A DNA stretch of 64,000 nt from Candidatus Shapirobacteria bacterium. Its GTDB lineage: Bacteria; Patescibacteriota; Microgenomatia; UBA12405. The DNA is taken from the NCBI GenBank assembly GCA_041659325.1, contig JBAZYN010000001.1:430819-494818 (forward strand). The letters run 5' to 3'. The notes under the pieces are model-generated. The model saw only the letters and a program-made list of their open reading frames with translations, was not told where the DNA came from and made no database searches. Position 1 is the first letter of the stretch. Each line of letters opens with the position of its first letter. Made by a program: the position numbers and the translations under genes. Shown here piece after piece: positions 38,581-47,605 of the stretch.

Positions 38581-39936
38581 TTACTCAGTTCCTATTGTCA
38601 TCCCCACACTATTTGCCACTGTCAACCGTGCCATCGAGGGCGGACCATTTGGACCGACACATGTAATTCTATTTATTGCCCCAACACCCCAACTGCCGTC
38701 ACATGCGCTAATCGCGTGTACCCAAATATCATACGTCCCTCCCGGTTCAAAAGTATAATATTTGTAAGTCGTACTCACATCCTCACAAACATCTCCCGGG
38801 TTGGTTGGGGTACATGCACTGTTAAAAGAACTTGGCGAATCATCAACCCTCAAAGGATAATAGTCAGCCCCGGCCACCGGATTCCAGGATATTCTATTTC
38901 CGGCCACATCACAGACTAGTCCGGCCGGATTGGCAACCGGCTCACAGGCTGAATCAGGGATTGGTGTCGCCGACGGGGCACAAGCCGCGCAATTCCACGA
39001 CCCCCCTCCGTCTACATACATACAGACCAAGGGTGAATTCAGGCATTCCATGTGGCAACAATTTAATCCATAAACAGAATTCCCCCAATCTACATAACAA
39101 GACGATGCCGACACTTTTACCCCACAAACGCCACATGAAGCATCACATAGGGGATAGCCTGGTCCGGGAGTATTGGTGGGAGTAGGGGCTATTGTCCTCG
39201 TTGCTGTTGGCGCTCCCGGTACCGGAGTCCGGGTTGCCGTTGGCGTCGGAGTCCGGGTTGCTGTTGGCACTCCCGGTACCGGTGTCCGCGTTGCCGTTGG
39301 CGTCGGTGTCCGGGTTGCTGTTGGCACTCCCGGTACCGGTGTCCGCGTTGCCGTTGGCGTCGGTGTCCGGGTTGCTGCTAGCGTCGGTGTCCGGGTCGGA
39401 GTCGGAGTCACACAGGAAGCAGACGATATACAGCTCACCGTCCCGCTAAAGCTTTTCTTTCCGTCCCATCGGCTGCAATAAGTCCCATCATTCCTCAAAA
39501 TTTGATTTGAAGGACAGCTCAAACTCACGCTAGGGCCCGATACCCAACCCGTATTGCAAGCCCCCAATCCACACCAATTTAATCCTGACCACCCGCACGA
39601 TTCATTCCAAACACTGGTTTGGCAGGCAGGTGCGGGAGTCGACGTCGGCACCGCAACCGGGGTAGAAGTAGGCGGAGTTCCACAGCTTGTATTCTCTCCA
39701 TTACACTGATCACTTCCTTCACCGGAAACTGTTTTACAAACATAACTGCTGTTACAAGTCCGCCGGCAACAAGAATCGCTATTTGTATAATTACACCCCC
39801 CCGCAGGGGTACAACACGACATATTACAAACTCCATGACTACTGTCGCAATTACAAGCCCCCTGGGCAAAAGTAGGACGTGGCGAAAACAAAACGGTACT
39901 CAACAAAAACAATAAATACAAAAAAACTATTTTCAT
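38581..39936 (-). CDS. Secreted cysteine-rich protein with Thr/Pro tandem repeats (paralog family member D)
   Basis: Signal peptide. The module CDASCGVCGV...NCCHMEC...CAACAPS is shared with the 33860 gene. There are 3.5 copies of a 19-aa TRTPTPTATRTPVPGVPTA repeat. Confidence 0.6.
   Translation of the reverse strand: MKIVFLYLLFLLSTVLFSPRPTFAQGACNCDSSHGVCNMSCCTPAGGCNYTNSDSCCRRTCNSSYVCKTVSGEGSDQCNGENTSCGTPPTSTPVAVPTSTPAPACQTSVWNESCGWSGLNWCGLGACNTGWVSGPSVSLSCPSNQILRNDGTYCSRWDGKKSFSGTVSCISSASCVTPTPTRTPTLAATRTPTPTATRTPVPGVPTATRTPTPTATRTPVPGVPTATRTPTPTATRTPVPGAPTATRTIAPTPTNTPGPGYPLCDASCGVCGVKVSASSCYVDWGNSVYGLNCCHMECLNSPLVCMYVDGGGSWNCAACAPSATPIPDSACEPVANPAGLVCDVAGNRISWNPVAGADYYPLRVDDSPSSFNSACTPTNPGDVCEDVSTTYKYYTFEPGGTYDIWVHAISACDGSWGVGAINRITCVGPNGPPSMARLTVANSVGMTIGTE
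39186..39410. repeat. 57-bp tandem repeat (about 3.5 units) inside the CDS
   Basis: A direct repetition of GTTGCTGTTGGCACTCCCGGTACCGGTGTCCGCGTTGCCGTTGGCGTCGGTGTCCGG with a few substitutions. Confidence 0.85.
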
Positions 39937-39955
39937 ATGTTAGGGGCTATCCGAT

Positions 39956-40432
39956 TTATTTCTTAATTACTTTAACTTTATAATTATATTCTTTTGCTAG
40001 ACCTTTGACTGAATAAGGAAACTCCCCTAGCTGCTCAAAACTCCTGGTCCACTCCTCCCCGGGCAATATCGTCCTCGGCCCCATAAGTTCAAACTCTACC
40101 GCCACCATGCTATCGGTTCCGTTTCTAAAGGTAACAAAATCATGAAATCCCAAAATTCTGGACTGATCTTCGGCCGAAAGGCCGTTTTCGCCGATAACAA
40201 ACTCAAAAGTTTCCGCTTTTTTCGCCATCTCTTCTTGTTCTGGGGTATAAGTAGGTACTATCGCCTCCTTTTCTTTTGGGATAACTTGATTTCGGCTTTT
40301 ATTACCGATTCCACCCTCTGCAACATATCTCATCCCCACCGATCCGACCAACACCAACACGCCCAAGATAAAAAATACCAATCCCAACGAAACCTTCGCC
40401 GTAGCTCCTCTTTTAAACAAATTATCAATCAC
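39956..40432 (-). CDS. Hypothetical membrane-anchored protein
   Basis: An N-terminal TM helix. 158 aa. Confidence 0.4.
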   Translation of the reverse strand: MIDNLFKRGATAKVSLGLVFFILGVLVLVGSVGMRYVAEGGIGNKSRNQVIPKEKEAIVPTYTPEQEEMAKKAETFEFVIGENGLSAEDQSRILGFHDFVTFRNGTDSMVAVEFELMGPRTILPGEEWTRSFEQLGEFPYSVKGLAKEYNYKVKVIKK

Positions 40433-40466
40433 AACTAAAGATTAAAGTATCCCCGCACCTATGTCA

Positions 40467-40498
40467 ATCGAGGCGGGATCTTTCGATTCCCGCCTCGA
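40467..40498 (-). terminator. Perfect 11-bp-stem hairpin TCGAGGCGGGA-N10-TCCCGCCTCGA downstream of the 40524 gene
   Basis: It lies 26 nt after the stop. A near-identical copy (one mismatch) follows the 41528 gene at 41453-41482. Confidence 0.45.
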
Positions 40499-40523
40499 TT
40501 ATCTACTTTAAATTCAACTTATC

Positions 40524-41123
40524 TTACGGACGCCTTCGTCTTGGCGCTCTGACAACCGGTTTGGCTGGAGGATTTTCTACCATAGAATCCCCTACAAACG
40601 ATTCAGCTGCTCCACAGGATGGTTTTCCTCGCCACAGAGGAGTATCAAGCGGATATTCGGTCACTATCAGAAAAGTGCCGTCATCTAGCCTACCTAAAAT
40701 TGTCTCTGTCGGGAAGACTCCAGGTCCGTCACCAATCTTAACTGTCTCTGTCGCCGAGGATCTAGGATCACCGCCAACCCAACTGAGTCCGGGTCTTGGT
40801 TGCCACGGAGCAGATGGATATGTATCGTCGATTCTACTCACTCTCACGGCTACCCCGCACCTATTAATAGTCCAATCACCAGAACCATTGACACTATAAT
40901 TTTCCTGTATCGCTAGCTGTCTCTCTATGGGCAGTACCGGCAATACCACTCTGTTTTCCGTATCTCTGGACACACCCCCCTCTTCTGCCTTAGCAACACC
41001 ACTAACTGCAGCCCCACCAGCACCAAGTAATAATGTCGCCAACCCCACCCTGGCAACATATTCTACAAACCCAACATGTCTTTTAGCAGATCCTTCATTA
41101 TTTCTTCTAATATTTCTTTCCAT
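40524..41123 (-). CDS. Secreted protein, tandem paralog 1 (conserved 45-aa N-terminus, unique C-terminal domain)
   Basis: The N-terminus MERNIRRNNEGSAKRHVGFVEYVARVGLATLLLGAGGAAVSGVAKA is about 80% identical to the N-terminus of the 41528 gene product. The upstream region is duplicated. Confidence 0.55.
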   Translation of the reverse strand: MERNIRRNNEGSAKRHVGFVEYVARVGLATLLLGAGGAAVSGVAKAEEGGVSRDTENRVVLPVLPIERQLAIQENYSVNGSGDWTINRCGVAVRVSRIDDTYPSAPWQPRPGLSWVGGDPRSSATETVKIGDGPGVFPTETILGRLDDGTFLIVTEYPLDTPLWRGKPSCGAAESFVGDSMVENPPAKPVVRAPRRRRP

Positions 41124-41300
41124 TTATTTTTATTTAAAAAATAATTAATTAGCGAACAGACGTAATATAACAAATATTCTAGGACATGTCAATATCATAT
41201 TTACTCTATCCTTGCATACAATCAATTATATCAAAAAATTTAAAATATTCATTATAAAATATTATACACACCAATTACACACGCCAAAAATCACTCCTCC
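41124..41300. repeat. About 180-bp direct repeat (promoter/5'UTR), copy 1
   Basis: More than 90% identical to 42029-42205. Confidence 0.85.
41164..41192 (-). promoter_or_regulatory. Consensus sigma70-type promoter TTGACA-17-TATATT
   Basis: Read on the minus strand, about 45 nt upstream of the ATG. It lies inside the 180-bp direct repeat. Confidence 0.5.
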
Positions 41301-41527
41301 CATTCTAAAAAAATCAACCCTAAAGAAATTTTCGCCTCCCCCCTATCTCTTTTTTTATCAACACCGCCGCCCCCGTCCGAAAAACATAAAGATTAACTCC
41401 TAGTCACAAATAAAGACTAATGAATTACTTCTCGTATGTCAATCGAGGCGGGATCTTTCGATTCCCGCCTCAATTAATTACTTAAATTCAAACCTACTCT
41501 GCAAACCCCACTTGCATTGCAAACGAT

Positions 41528-42028
41528 TTACCTTGGTCCGCAAGTTGGTTCTCCCTGCGATAAATCAGTCCCACCCCTATATTCGATCACATATAATACG
41601 CCATCCTTTGTCATTGTCCCTACAGGTCTCCACTCATTGCCAAGGCGGCTCTTTCCTCCTGTAGCTTGCCACGGAGCATCCGGATAGTCGGGTGTTCTTG
41701 GGCCTTCACCTGGGACGGGAATCGGAGTCATTTGGGTACCTGTTCCACACTCGTCAACAAAAAAACGACCGGCATTACCATCTCTGGCTCTGACCATATA
41801 GTCTATTATTATTCCTAATCGTTCACCGAGAGATACTCTCGGCAATACCACTCCACTTTCCTTACCGGTTCTATACGCTTCACTAACCTCTGCCTGAGTA
41901 ACGCGACCAATAGCAGCCCCACCAGCACCAAGTAATAATGTCGCCAACCCCACCCTGGCAACATTTTCTACAAGCCCAACATGTCTTTTAACGGGTTCTT
42001 CATTATTTCTTACAATATTTCTTTCCAT
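41528..42028 (-). CDS. Secreted protein, tandem paralog 2
   Basis: The N-terminus MERNIVRNNEEPVKRHVGLVENVARVGLATLLLGAGGAAIGRVTQA, followed by a divergent C-terminal domain. Confidence 0.55.
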   Translation of the reverse strand: MERNIVRNNEEPVKRHVGLVENVARVGLATLLLGAGGAAIGRVTQAEVSEAYRTGKESGVVLPRVSLGERLGIIIDYMVRARDGNAGRFFVDECGTGTQMTPIPVPGEGPRTPDYPDAPWQATGGKSRLGNEWRPVGTMTKDGVLYVIEYRGGTDLSQGEPTCGPR

Positions 42029-42205
42029 TTATTTACTATTTAAAAAATAATTAATTAGCGAGCAACCGTAATATAACATATATTCTAGGACATATCAATA
42101 TCATATTTACTCTATCCTTGCATACAATCAATTATATCAAAAATATTAAAATATTCATTATAAAATATTATACACACCAATTACACACGCCAAAAATCAA
42201 TTTCT
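42029..42205. repeat. About 180-bp direct repeat, copy 2
   Basis: See 41124-41300. Confidence 0.85.
42070..42098 (-). promoter_or_regulatory. Sigma70-type promoter TTGATA-17-TATATT (duplicate)
   Basis: The same architecture as 41164-41192, in the second copy of the 180-bp repeat. Confidence 0.45.
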
Positions 42206-42772
42206 TATCTTTATTTCCGAGGAAAAGTATTTCGAAACAAAGTCACTCGGGCCACCGCCCGATAGGCCGGAGCTCAAATAAAATCCCACGCTCAAATCGA
42301 CCACTTTTCCTGTCGATGGGGAAGTCGTCCCGCTGATAAAATTCCCGCAACCGCTCACCTCCACTTCTTCGCCGCTCAGCCGAACGGTATTCGCCGACAC
42401 CGATGCAATTTGGCTATCTGCCGACTCCACACATTGAATTGTCGTCCCTATGCTCGACAAGGAAACCCAAGATTTATCCGCCGGGTCCAATTCGATTGTC
42501 TCTCCCGGAGCATTTATCACGTTTTTTCTGATTTCCGACAATACCCAAGCCCCATTCTGCTCCACCTTATCCGCCCAATTGATCCTGTTTTTCGCCTTAA
42601 AAGAATTAACCAAAACGGTAGTTATAGAAGTCAGGATAAACCCCATCACTGATACCACCACCACTATTTCAATCAAACTAAAACCCATCCTTTTAATCTC
42701 CCTTTCGTCAAAGGGAGATACCCCCACAATAGTGGGGGAGAGGGATTTTGCTTTTGACTCTTTTCTTCTCAT
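42197..42772 (-). CDS. Prepilin-like protein (class III signal, G|FSLIE)
   Basis: KRMGFSLIEIVVVVSVMGF. An R1 repeat copy lies in the putative leader-coding region, so the start could instead be the M directly before G. Confidence 0.65.
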   Translation of the reverse strand: MRRKESKAKSLSPTIVGVSPFDEREIKRMGFSLIEIVVVVSVMGFILTSITTVLVNSFKAKNRINWADKVEQNGAWVLSEIRKNVINAPGETIELDPADKSWVSLSSIGTTIQCVESADSQIASVSANTVRLSGEEVEVSGCGNFISGTTSPSTGKVVDLSVGFYLSSGLSGGGPSDFVSKYFSSEIKIRN

Positions 42773-43176
42773 ATCCTCGAAAATACCCTATTTAACTTAA
42801 GTATCTGCATTTCCTTTGCCGTCCATTGAACTGTTACCGTTACAAGAACACAAGACGGACACTCCACAATAGAGCTATCAGAATTGTTGAAAACAATTGT
42901 ATATGTATATCCCGGAAACTCTGTCAGTGTTTGCCATGTTGTCGTCGCATACACAAAGGGCGATTCAAAAAATCCCTCCGGGTCAGCTTCTCTGGCTTTC
43001 ATCATTTTCTCCATTACCACCTCCGCCATCCGGCCTGCCGTCTTTCGGTCAAAACTTCTTGTCTTTGTAGAAACCGAAGACACCAACAGCACCACCACCC
43101 CCGAAAGCACCAGTACCACTATTGCTACCGAAAATATTAAATCAACCAGACTTTGACCAAAATTTTTATTATTCAT
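42769..43176 (-). CDS. Minor pilin/pseudopilin-like protein (G|QSLVDL)
   Basis: MNNKNFGQSLVDLIFSVAIVVLVL, a class III-like signal with Asp in place of Glu5. Confidence 0.55.
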   Translation of the reverse strand: MNNKNFGQSLVDLIFSVAIVVLVLSGVVVLLVSSVSTKTRSFDRKTAGRMAEVVMEKMMKAREADPEGFFESPFVYATTTWQTLTEFPGYTYTIVFNNSDSSIVECPSCVLVTVTVQWTAKEMQILKLNRVFSRI

Positions 43177-43669
43177 TTATCAATCCCGAAGCAGAAACTC
43201 TAACCATCAACCCGCCTCCGCCGGGATCTTCCATCCGGCTCACATCACCGGCAAAAACAGTAAAACCCACTCCCGAATTTACCGGGCTACCGGAAGAATC
43301 CACCAGTTTTCCTTCATAAGAAGCAAACCTCAAACTTGTCCCGACCCCAATCATCACCCCCTCGGGAGAAATATCTTTACTAAAATATTGAGCCGCGCCA
43401 GCATCGTTTGGAAAAACCGAAACGTTTCCCTCGCTGTCAACAGAAAATGTTACATATTTCAAGTCCGCCACTCCGCTCATACTCTGCCCTGTCATGGCAT
43501 AATTTCTTGCCATCCTCAGGCTGGTTATCAGCCCCTCCCGGGCTTCTTCAATTTTTTGAGTTGATCCGAATTTGTTCAAAGATACCACCCCCACCGTTAT
43601 CACCAACCCCATTATTGTTATCGCCACCACTAACTCCACCAAAGTAAATCCCCGTGACCTCACGTTCAT
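43169..43669 (-). CDS. Prepilin-like protein (G|FTLVEL)
   Basis: MNVRSRGFTLVELVVAITIMGL. Confidence 0.7.
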   Translation of the reverse strand: MNVRSRGFTLVELVVAITIMGLVITVGVVSLNKFGSTQKIEEAREGLITSLRMARNYAMTGQSMSGVADLKYVTFSVDSEGNVSVFPNDAGAAQYFSKDISPEGVMIGVGTSLRFASYEGKLVDSSGSPVNSGVGFTVFAGDVSRMEDPGGGGLMVRVSASGLINE

Positions 43670-43834
43670 ATATATAAATCTACCATATTACGTCATTACG
43701 ATCCTGAGCCCGTCGAAGGAGTGACAATCTTTAAACCTGCGACTTTGTAGGAAAATCACCACAACCTTCGGTCTCGAAATAACGAGCAGTGTTCTCCTTA
43801 CAGATTACAGATTACCAATTACTGATTACCAAAT

Positions 43835-44275
43835 TTACGGCTGTGTCACCCGATAGTTACAATTTCCGGTCGTACACGATACCGCAGTCGCAATCGTTGT
43901 TCCTGTCTCCATCCTGGCATATAGAAAATAGGTGTAATTAGTCTGCCGGTCATAAACATAGGTATCGCTACTCGGCCCAACCGGGTAAGCCGACAAAAAC
44001 CCTCCCGAAGTCAATACTGATATGCTTGAGTCATCAGGATATGTCGTCCCCACCTGTCTCACCACTTCCAGTGCCATTCTGATTCTCTCCAAATCGGCCT
44101 GCCTTCTCCCGTCCCTTGCCTTTCTATTCGTCGTTCCGAAACTCACCGTCGCAATCGCCGTAATTATTGCAATTATAGTTATCACCACAATCAATTCAAT
44201 CAAACTGAAACCTAGTTTTTTTGTAGTGCCCCTCCTTTCGTCAAAGGAGGGGGTAGGGGTAGATTTAATTCTCAT
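43835..44275 (-). CDS. Prepilin-like protein (G|FSLIEL) with 22-aa leader
   Basis: KKLGFSLIELIVVITIIAI. Part of the leader is encoded by an R1 repeat copy (PSFDERRG). Confidence 0.65.
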   Translation of the reverse strand: MRIKSTPTPSFDERRGTTKKLGFSLIELIVVITIIAIITAIATVSFGTTNRKARDGRRQADLERIRMALEVVRQVGTTYPDDSSISVLTSGGFLSAYPVGPSSDTYVYDRQTNYTYFLYARMETGTTIATAVSCTTGNCNYRVTQP

Positions 44276-44733
44276 TGTTGATTCTTAACACAATAATGAG
44301 TCTTATTGCCAACCCCCGTAAAATTACAGCTAGCATTAATAGAATTTCCTGCAGTCGTATTTTCAAGCTGTGCGCATACGCAATAATCCGGTACACCAAC
44401 AACAAAACCTCCGGTAACCGTATATGGTGTCACATTCTTGGGATCAACAGGCCAAGCCTGCAAAAAACCTCCGCTGATTAAACCACTACTAAAAGCAGCA
44501 ACTGTTCCCACTGGTGGATACACTGAATTATTCATCAAATAATACTGCTCCGCCGCCGTCTGAATATTTTTCATATCCTGCATCCTTCTCGCATCCCGCC
44601 CTTTCTTTTGCGCGTTCGAATAAGACACCGTCGCAATCGCCGTAATTATTGCGATTATGGAAATTGTTATCAAAAGTTCAAACAAAGTAAAGCCTGTCTG
44701 CCGAAAGGCATGGCCATTTTTTATTTTTTTCAT
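44272..44733 (-). CDS. Prepilin (G|FTLFELL)
   Basis: MKKIKNGHAFRQTGFTLFELLITISIIAI. The ORF extends to 44754. Confidence 0.7.
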   Translation of the reverse strand: MKKIKNGHAFRQTGFTLFELLITISIIAIITAIATVSYSNAQKKGRDARRMQDMKNIQTAAEQYYLMNNSVYPPVGTVAAFSSGLISGGFLQAWPVDPKNVTPYTVTGGFVVGVPDYCVCAQLENTTAGNSINASCNFTGVGNKTHYCVKNQQ

Positions 44734-44734
44734 T

Positions 44735-45172
44735 TTATTTTGCGCACACAACAAATAATTTGTCTGTAGTTCCGGCAGCCAATCCGCATACTCCCGTATT
44801 CGCTCCGCAATCTATCTGGGATTTTATATCCTCATCGCCGCTTCCCGCGTCCAAACCCACACACAAATCAAAAGTCTCACCGGCCGCATCAACTGTATAA
44901 GTGCACCCAATCCCGCTCATCCCCGGAAGATAGCTAGCCAACGTGGCCGACAAACCTGCACAGGTAGAAAACCCAACCGGATACGATTGATGCTCGTTGT
45001 AGTACATTCTCAGGGCATTTTTAACTGCATTGAGATCAGAAATCCGCTGGGTATCTTTGGCCCTCTCTCTGGCTCCCATAAAATTCGGCAACAATATCGC
45101 CGTCAGGGTAGCAATAATCGAAATCGCCACCAAAAGCTCAATCAGGGTAAATCCAAGTTTTCCGTTTTTCAT
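44735..45172 (-). CDS. Prepilin (G|FTLIELL)
   Basis: MKNGKLGFTLIELLVAISIIA. Confidence 0.75.
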   Translation of the reverse strand: MKNGKLGFTLIELLVAISIIATLTAILLPNFMGARERAKDTQRISDLNAVKNALRMYYNEHQSYPVGFSTCAGLSATLASYLPGMSGIGCTYTVDAAGETFDLCVGLDAGSGDEDIKSQIDCGANTGVCGLAAGTTDKLFVVCAK

Positions 45173-45181
45173 AATTAAATG

Positions 45182-45700
45182 TTAATAGATAGTTAAATCC
45201 GGATCCAACGGATCATTATTAACACTGGATATCGCAAAACAAAAAGCATTATTTCTCCCGCACGCAGTGTAAAGCAAGTCTCCGCTTCCGTCTTTAAGAC
45301 ACTCCGGATCATTGGTGTTTTCCAGGATTGTATACAAAGAAAACTTTTTTTGGTCAGGAGACACTACATAGCAATACTGAGTTGGGGATGGCAGTATATT
45401 TTCTTTTGGTACCACCTTCATATATGTATACCCGGTAAGATCTTTCAATTCCAATCCCCACAATACATTTAAGCCCCTCCCTCCCTCCAAATCAGTCGCT
45501 ATCGGATATTTCCCATAATCGGCATAATACATCTGCAGGGCCTTGGCCACCGAGCTGATATCGGTCTTCCTTTGTGAATCGGCCGCCCTTTTCCTGGCCA
45601 AAGTAAACTGTGATGCCGTGATTATCGTCAATATCCCCATAATGGTTATTACCACCAAAAGCTCAATCAGGGTAAATCCATTTTTACTTATTTTTATCAT
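45182..45700 (-). CDS. Prepilin (G|FTLIELL)
   Basis: MIKISKNGFTLIELLVVITIMG. Confidence 0.75.
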   Translation of the reverse strand: MIKISKNGFTLIELLVVITIMGILTIITASQFTLARKRAADSQRKTDISSVAKALQMYYADYGKYPIATDLEGGRGLNVLWGLELKDLTGYTYMKVVPKENILPSPTQYCYVVSPDQKKFSLYTILENTNDPECLKDGSGDLLYTACGRNNAFCFAISSVNNDPLDPDLTIY

Positions 45701-45729
45701 TGCTACTTAATCATAACAGATTTGTTAAC

Positions 45730-46419
45730 TCACTCTCGACAACCCAACGCCCCCCACCATTCCAGTCCTCCTCCGGGGCAAAGATCAATCTGGCAGTCAG
45801 TACTTGGCGCCCAATAACAATTTGCCCCCGAGCAATTGGCCTGTTTCCAATTGCCTTCGTCCAGAACCCTACAGGCGTAGTTACAGATATCACCACAGGA
45901 TTCGGGATATACAGTTGTATCATACCAATTGGCATTTGGACTGGAAACTCCATAATTTACCGGCGAAGAGGTATATGCCCCTGCTCCCGATATACCCCCC
46001 CAGCCAACAGGAATATCCCGATCGGCCAAAAACTCTAAGTAAGCATACGCTCTATATTCATCCGGGCAGCTGCTACTGGAATCCACAATTATTTCATACG
46101 GGTCACCATCCGGATCGCACGGCCACGGAGTCAACCAGGGAGAAAATATAATTCCGCTATCACAATTTACCGGATTCTGTAATTCATCAACTTTCGCCTG
46201 GTTGGGATAGCATCCCTTGTCGTTGTAATATTCCTCAAACGCAGTCTTAATCCTCGACAAATCTTTTTTTCTCCTGGCATCCTTACCCTTATTAACCAGA
46301 GCAATTGGGTTAATAATCCCGATTATAATCACCGACATCAGGGCAATTATTGACATCACTATCAACAATTCCGTCAATGTAAAACCCGCAGACCAAATAG
46401 CATTCCCCTTCCTTCCCAT
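45730..46419 (-). CDS. Prepilin (G|FTLTELL)
   Basis: MGRKGNAIWSAGFTLTELLIVMSIIA. Confidence 0.75.
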   Translation of the reverse strand: MGRKGNAIWSAGFTLTELLIVMSIIALMSVIIIGIINPIALVNKGKDARRKKDLSRIKTAFEEYYNDKGCYPNQAKVDELQNPVNCDSGIIFSPWLTPWPCDPDGDPYEIIVDSSSSCPDEYRAYAYLEFLADRDIPVGWGGISGAGAYTSSPVNYGVSSPNANWYDTTVYPESCGDICNYACRVLDEGNWKQANCSGANCYWAPSTDCQIDLCPGGGLEWWGALGCRE

Positions 46420-46422
46420 AAA

Positions 46423-47220
46423 TTACTCTAACATTTTTTGGACATAGAAACCAACGCTCCCGCTCCACCACCAGGCCACCAATGTCCCCAATATCAGAAA
46501 CGGACCAAATGGTATGACTGATTTTCTTTTTACCTTTTTTACCGCCATCAATACCAATCCCACTATCGCTCCCGACACAAACGCCACATAAAAAGCCAGT
46601 ACTGTCTTTTCGGGGCCTAGCAACAATCCCATAAACACCGCATACTTTACATCTCCCATCCCCATCCCTTTCCCCTTAGTTATCACGTGTAAAAACAGTA
46701 AAAATCCTGCCGCTCCAACCGCCGCTAATAAATAAGGGACTACATTTTTCTCATCAAAAAACACCCCGGCAAAGGCGATAACAATCAGTATTATCGTAGA
46801 AAAATCCGGCAATATCATGTATCTAAAATCAAACACCGCACTAAACACCAACATCGTGATTATTACCAACTCCAAAACAAAAAAAACGTTAAATTCGTAA
46901 TTTGAAATTCGTAATTCGTAGTTAATTAAAAATAATATCCCCATTGTAATTTCTACAATAGGGTAGGAGACCGGTAAACTTTTGGCACAACATCTGGTTT
47001 TTCCGCCCTGCGTCAGCCACGAAATTATTGGCACATTCTCAAACCACCTCAACTGTCTTCCGCAATAATCACAATAACTCCTTTCTTGAGACTTTAGGAC
47101 TTTTGGACTTTTAGACTTTAAGACTTTATATCGAACAGCAGTTCGATAAACTACCATATTCACAAAACTCCCAAAGCACGCCCCCAAGACAAAAATCGTT
47201 ATCAAAAGCAACATTTCCAT
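46423..47220 (-). CDS. pilD: Prepilin peptidase (A24 family)
   Basis: An N-terminal Cys tetrad (CFGSF...CDYC) and the conserved Asp-containing TM core. It contains in-frame octamer and heptamer repeat insertions. Confidence 0.8.
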   Translation of the reverse strand: MEMLLLITIFVLGACFGSFVNMVVYRTAVRYKVLKSKSPKVLKSQERSYCDYCGRQLRWFENVPIISWLTQGGKTRCCAKSLPVSYPIVEITMGILFLINYELRISNYEFNVFFVLELVIITMLVFSAVFDFRYMILPDFSTIILIVIAFAGVFFDEKNVVPYLLAAVGAAGFLLFLHVITKGKGMGMGDVKYAVFMGLLLGPEKTVLAFYVAFVSGAIVGLVLMAVKKVKRKSVIPFGPFLILGTLVAWWWSGSVGFYVQKMLE

Positions 47221-47224
47221 AATC

Positions 47225-47580
47225 TATTGTACTAATACCCCTCCTTTCCTCAAGGGAGGGATTAAGGGTGGATTTTTGCCCCTCCGTCATTACGAGGAGC
47301 AGTTATATAAGCGACGTGGTAATCGTTACAGAATTAAAATAGTCGAGTTGTTTCAGGATTACGAAGCCTGTCCCGAGAAACGAGGTATCGTTTCTCCTCG
47401 CAATGACAAACATTCTAACCCTCCCTTCGTCGAGGGAGGGAATAAAAGGGTGGGTTTGGCTTGAGGGTAGATTTAGATTTATCCCTCCCTTTTCAAGGGA
47501 GGGAAGGGTGGGTTTAACCTAAAACCCCGCCTTTCGGCGGGGTTAAATTCGTAATTCGTAATTACTAATTCCTGCCTGCC
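47225..47580. repeat. Repeat-dense intergenic region: four R1-family hairpins, AATTCGT heptamer repeats and a roughly 130-nt closed stem-loop element
   Basis: Hairpins CCCTCC(C)-loop-GGGAGGG at 47238, 47419 and 47481, and CCCCGCC-TTTCG-GCGGGG at 47523. GTCATTACGAGGAG at 47289 pairs with CTCCTCGCAATGAC at 47393. Confidence 0.7.
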
Positions 47581-47605
47581 GGCAGGCATGGCGTAATTAA
47601 CCTCA

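Noticed and set aside
39173-39481. Plus-strand ORFs reading through the 57-bp tandem repeat (VAVG/LPLAS repeats)
   Set aside because: They are an antisense artefact of the tandem repeat within the 38581-39936 CDS.
47276-47464. A 62-aa ORF in the repeat-dense intergenic region
   Set aside because: It is composed of R1 hairpin repeats and the structured element, with no coding signal.
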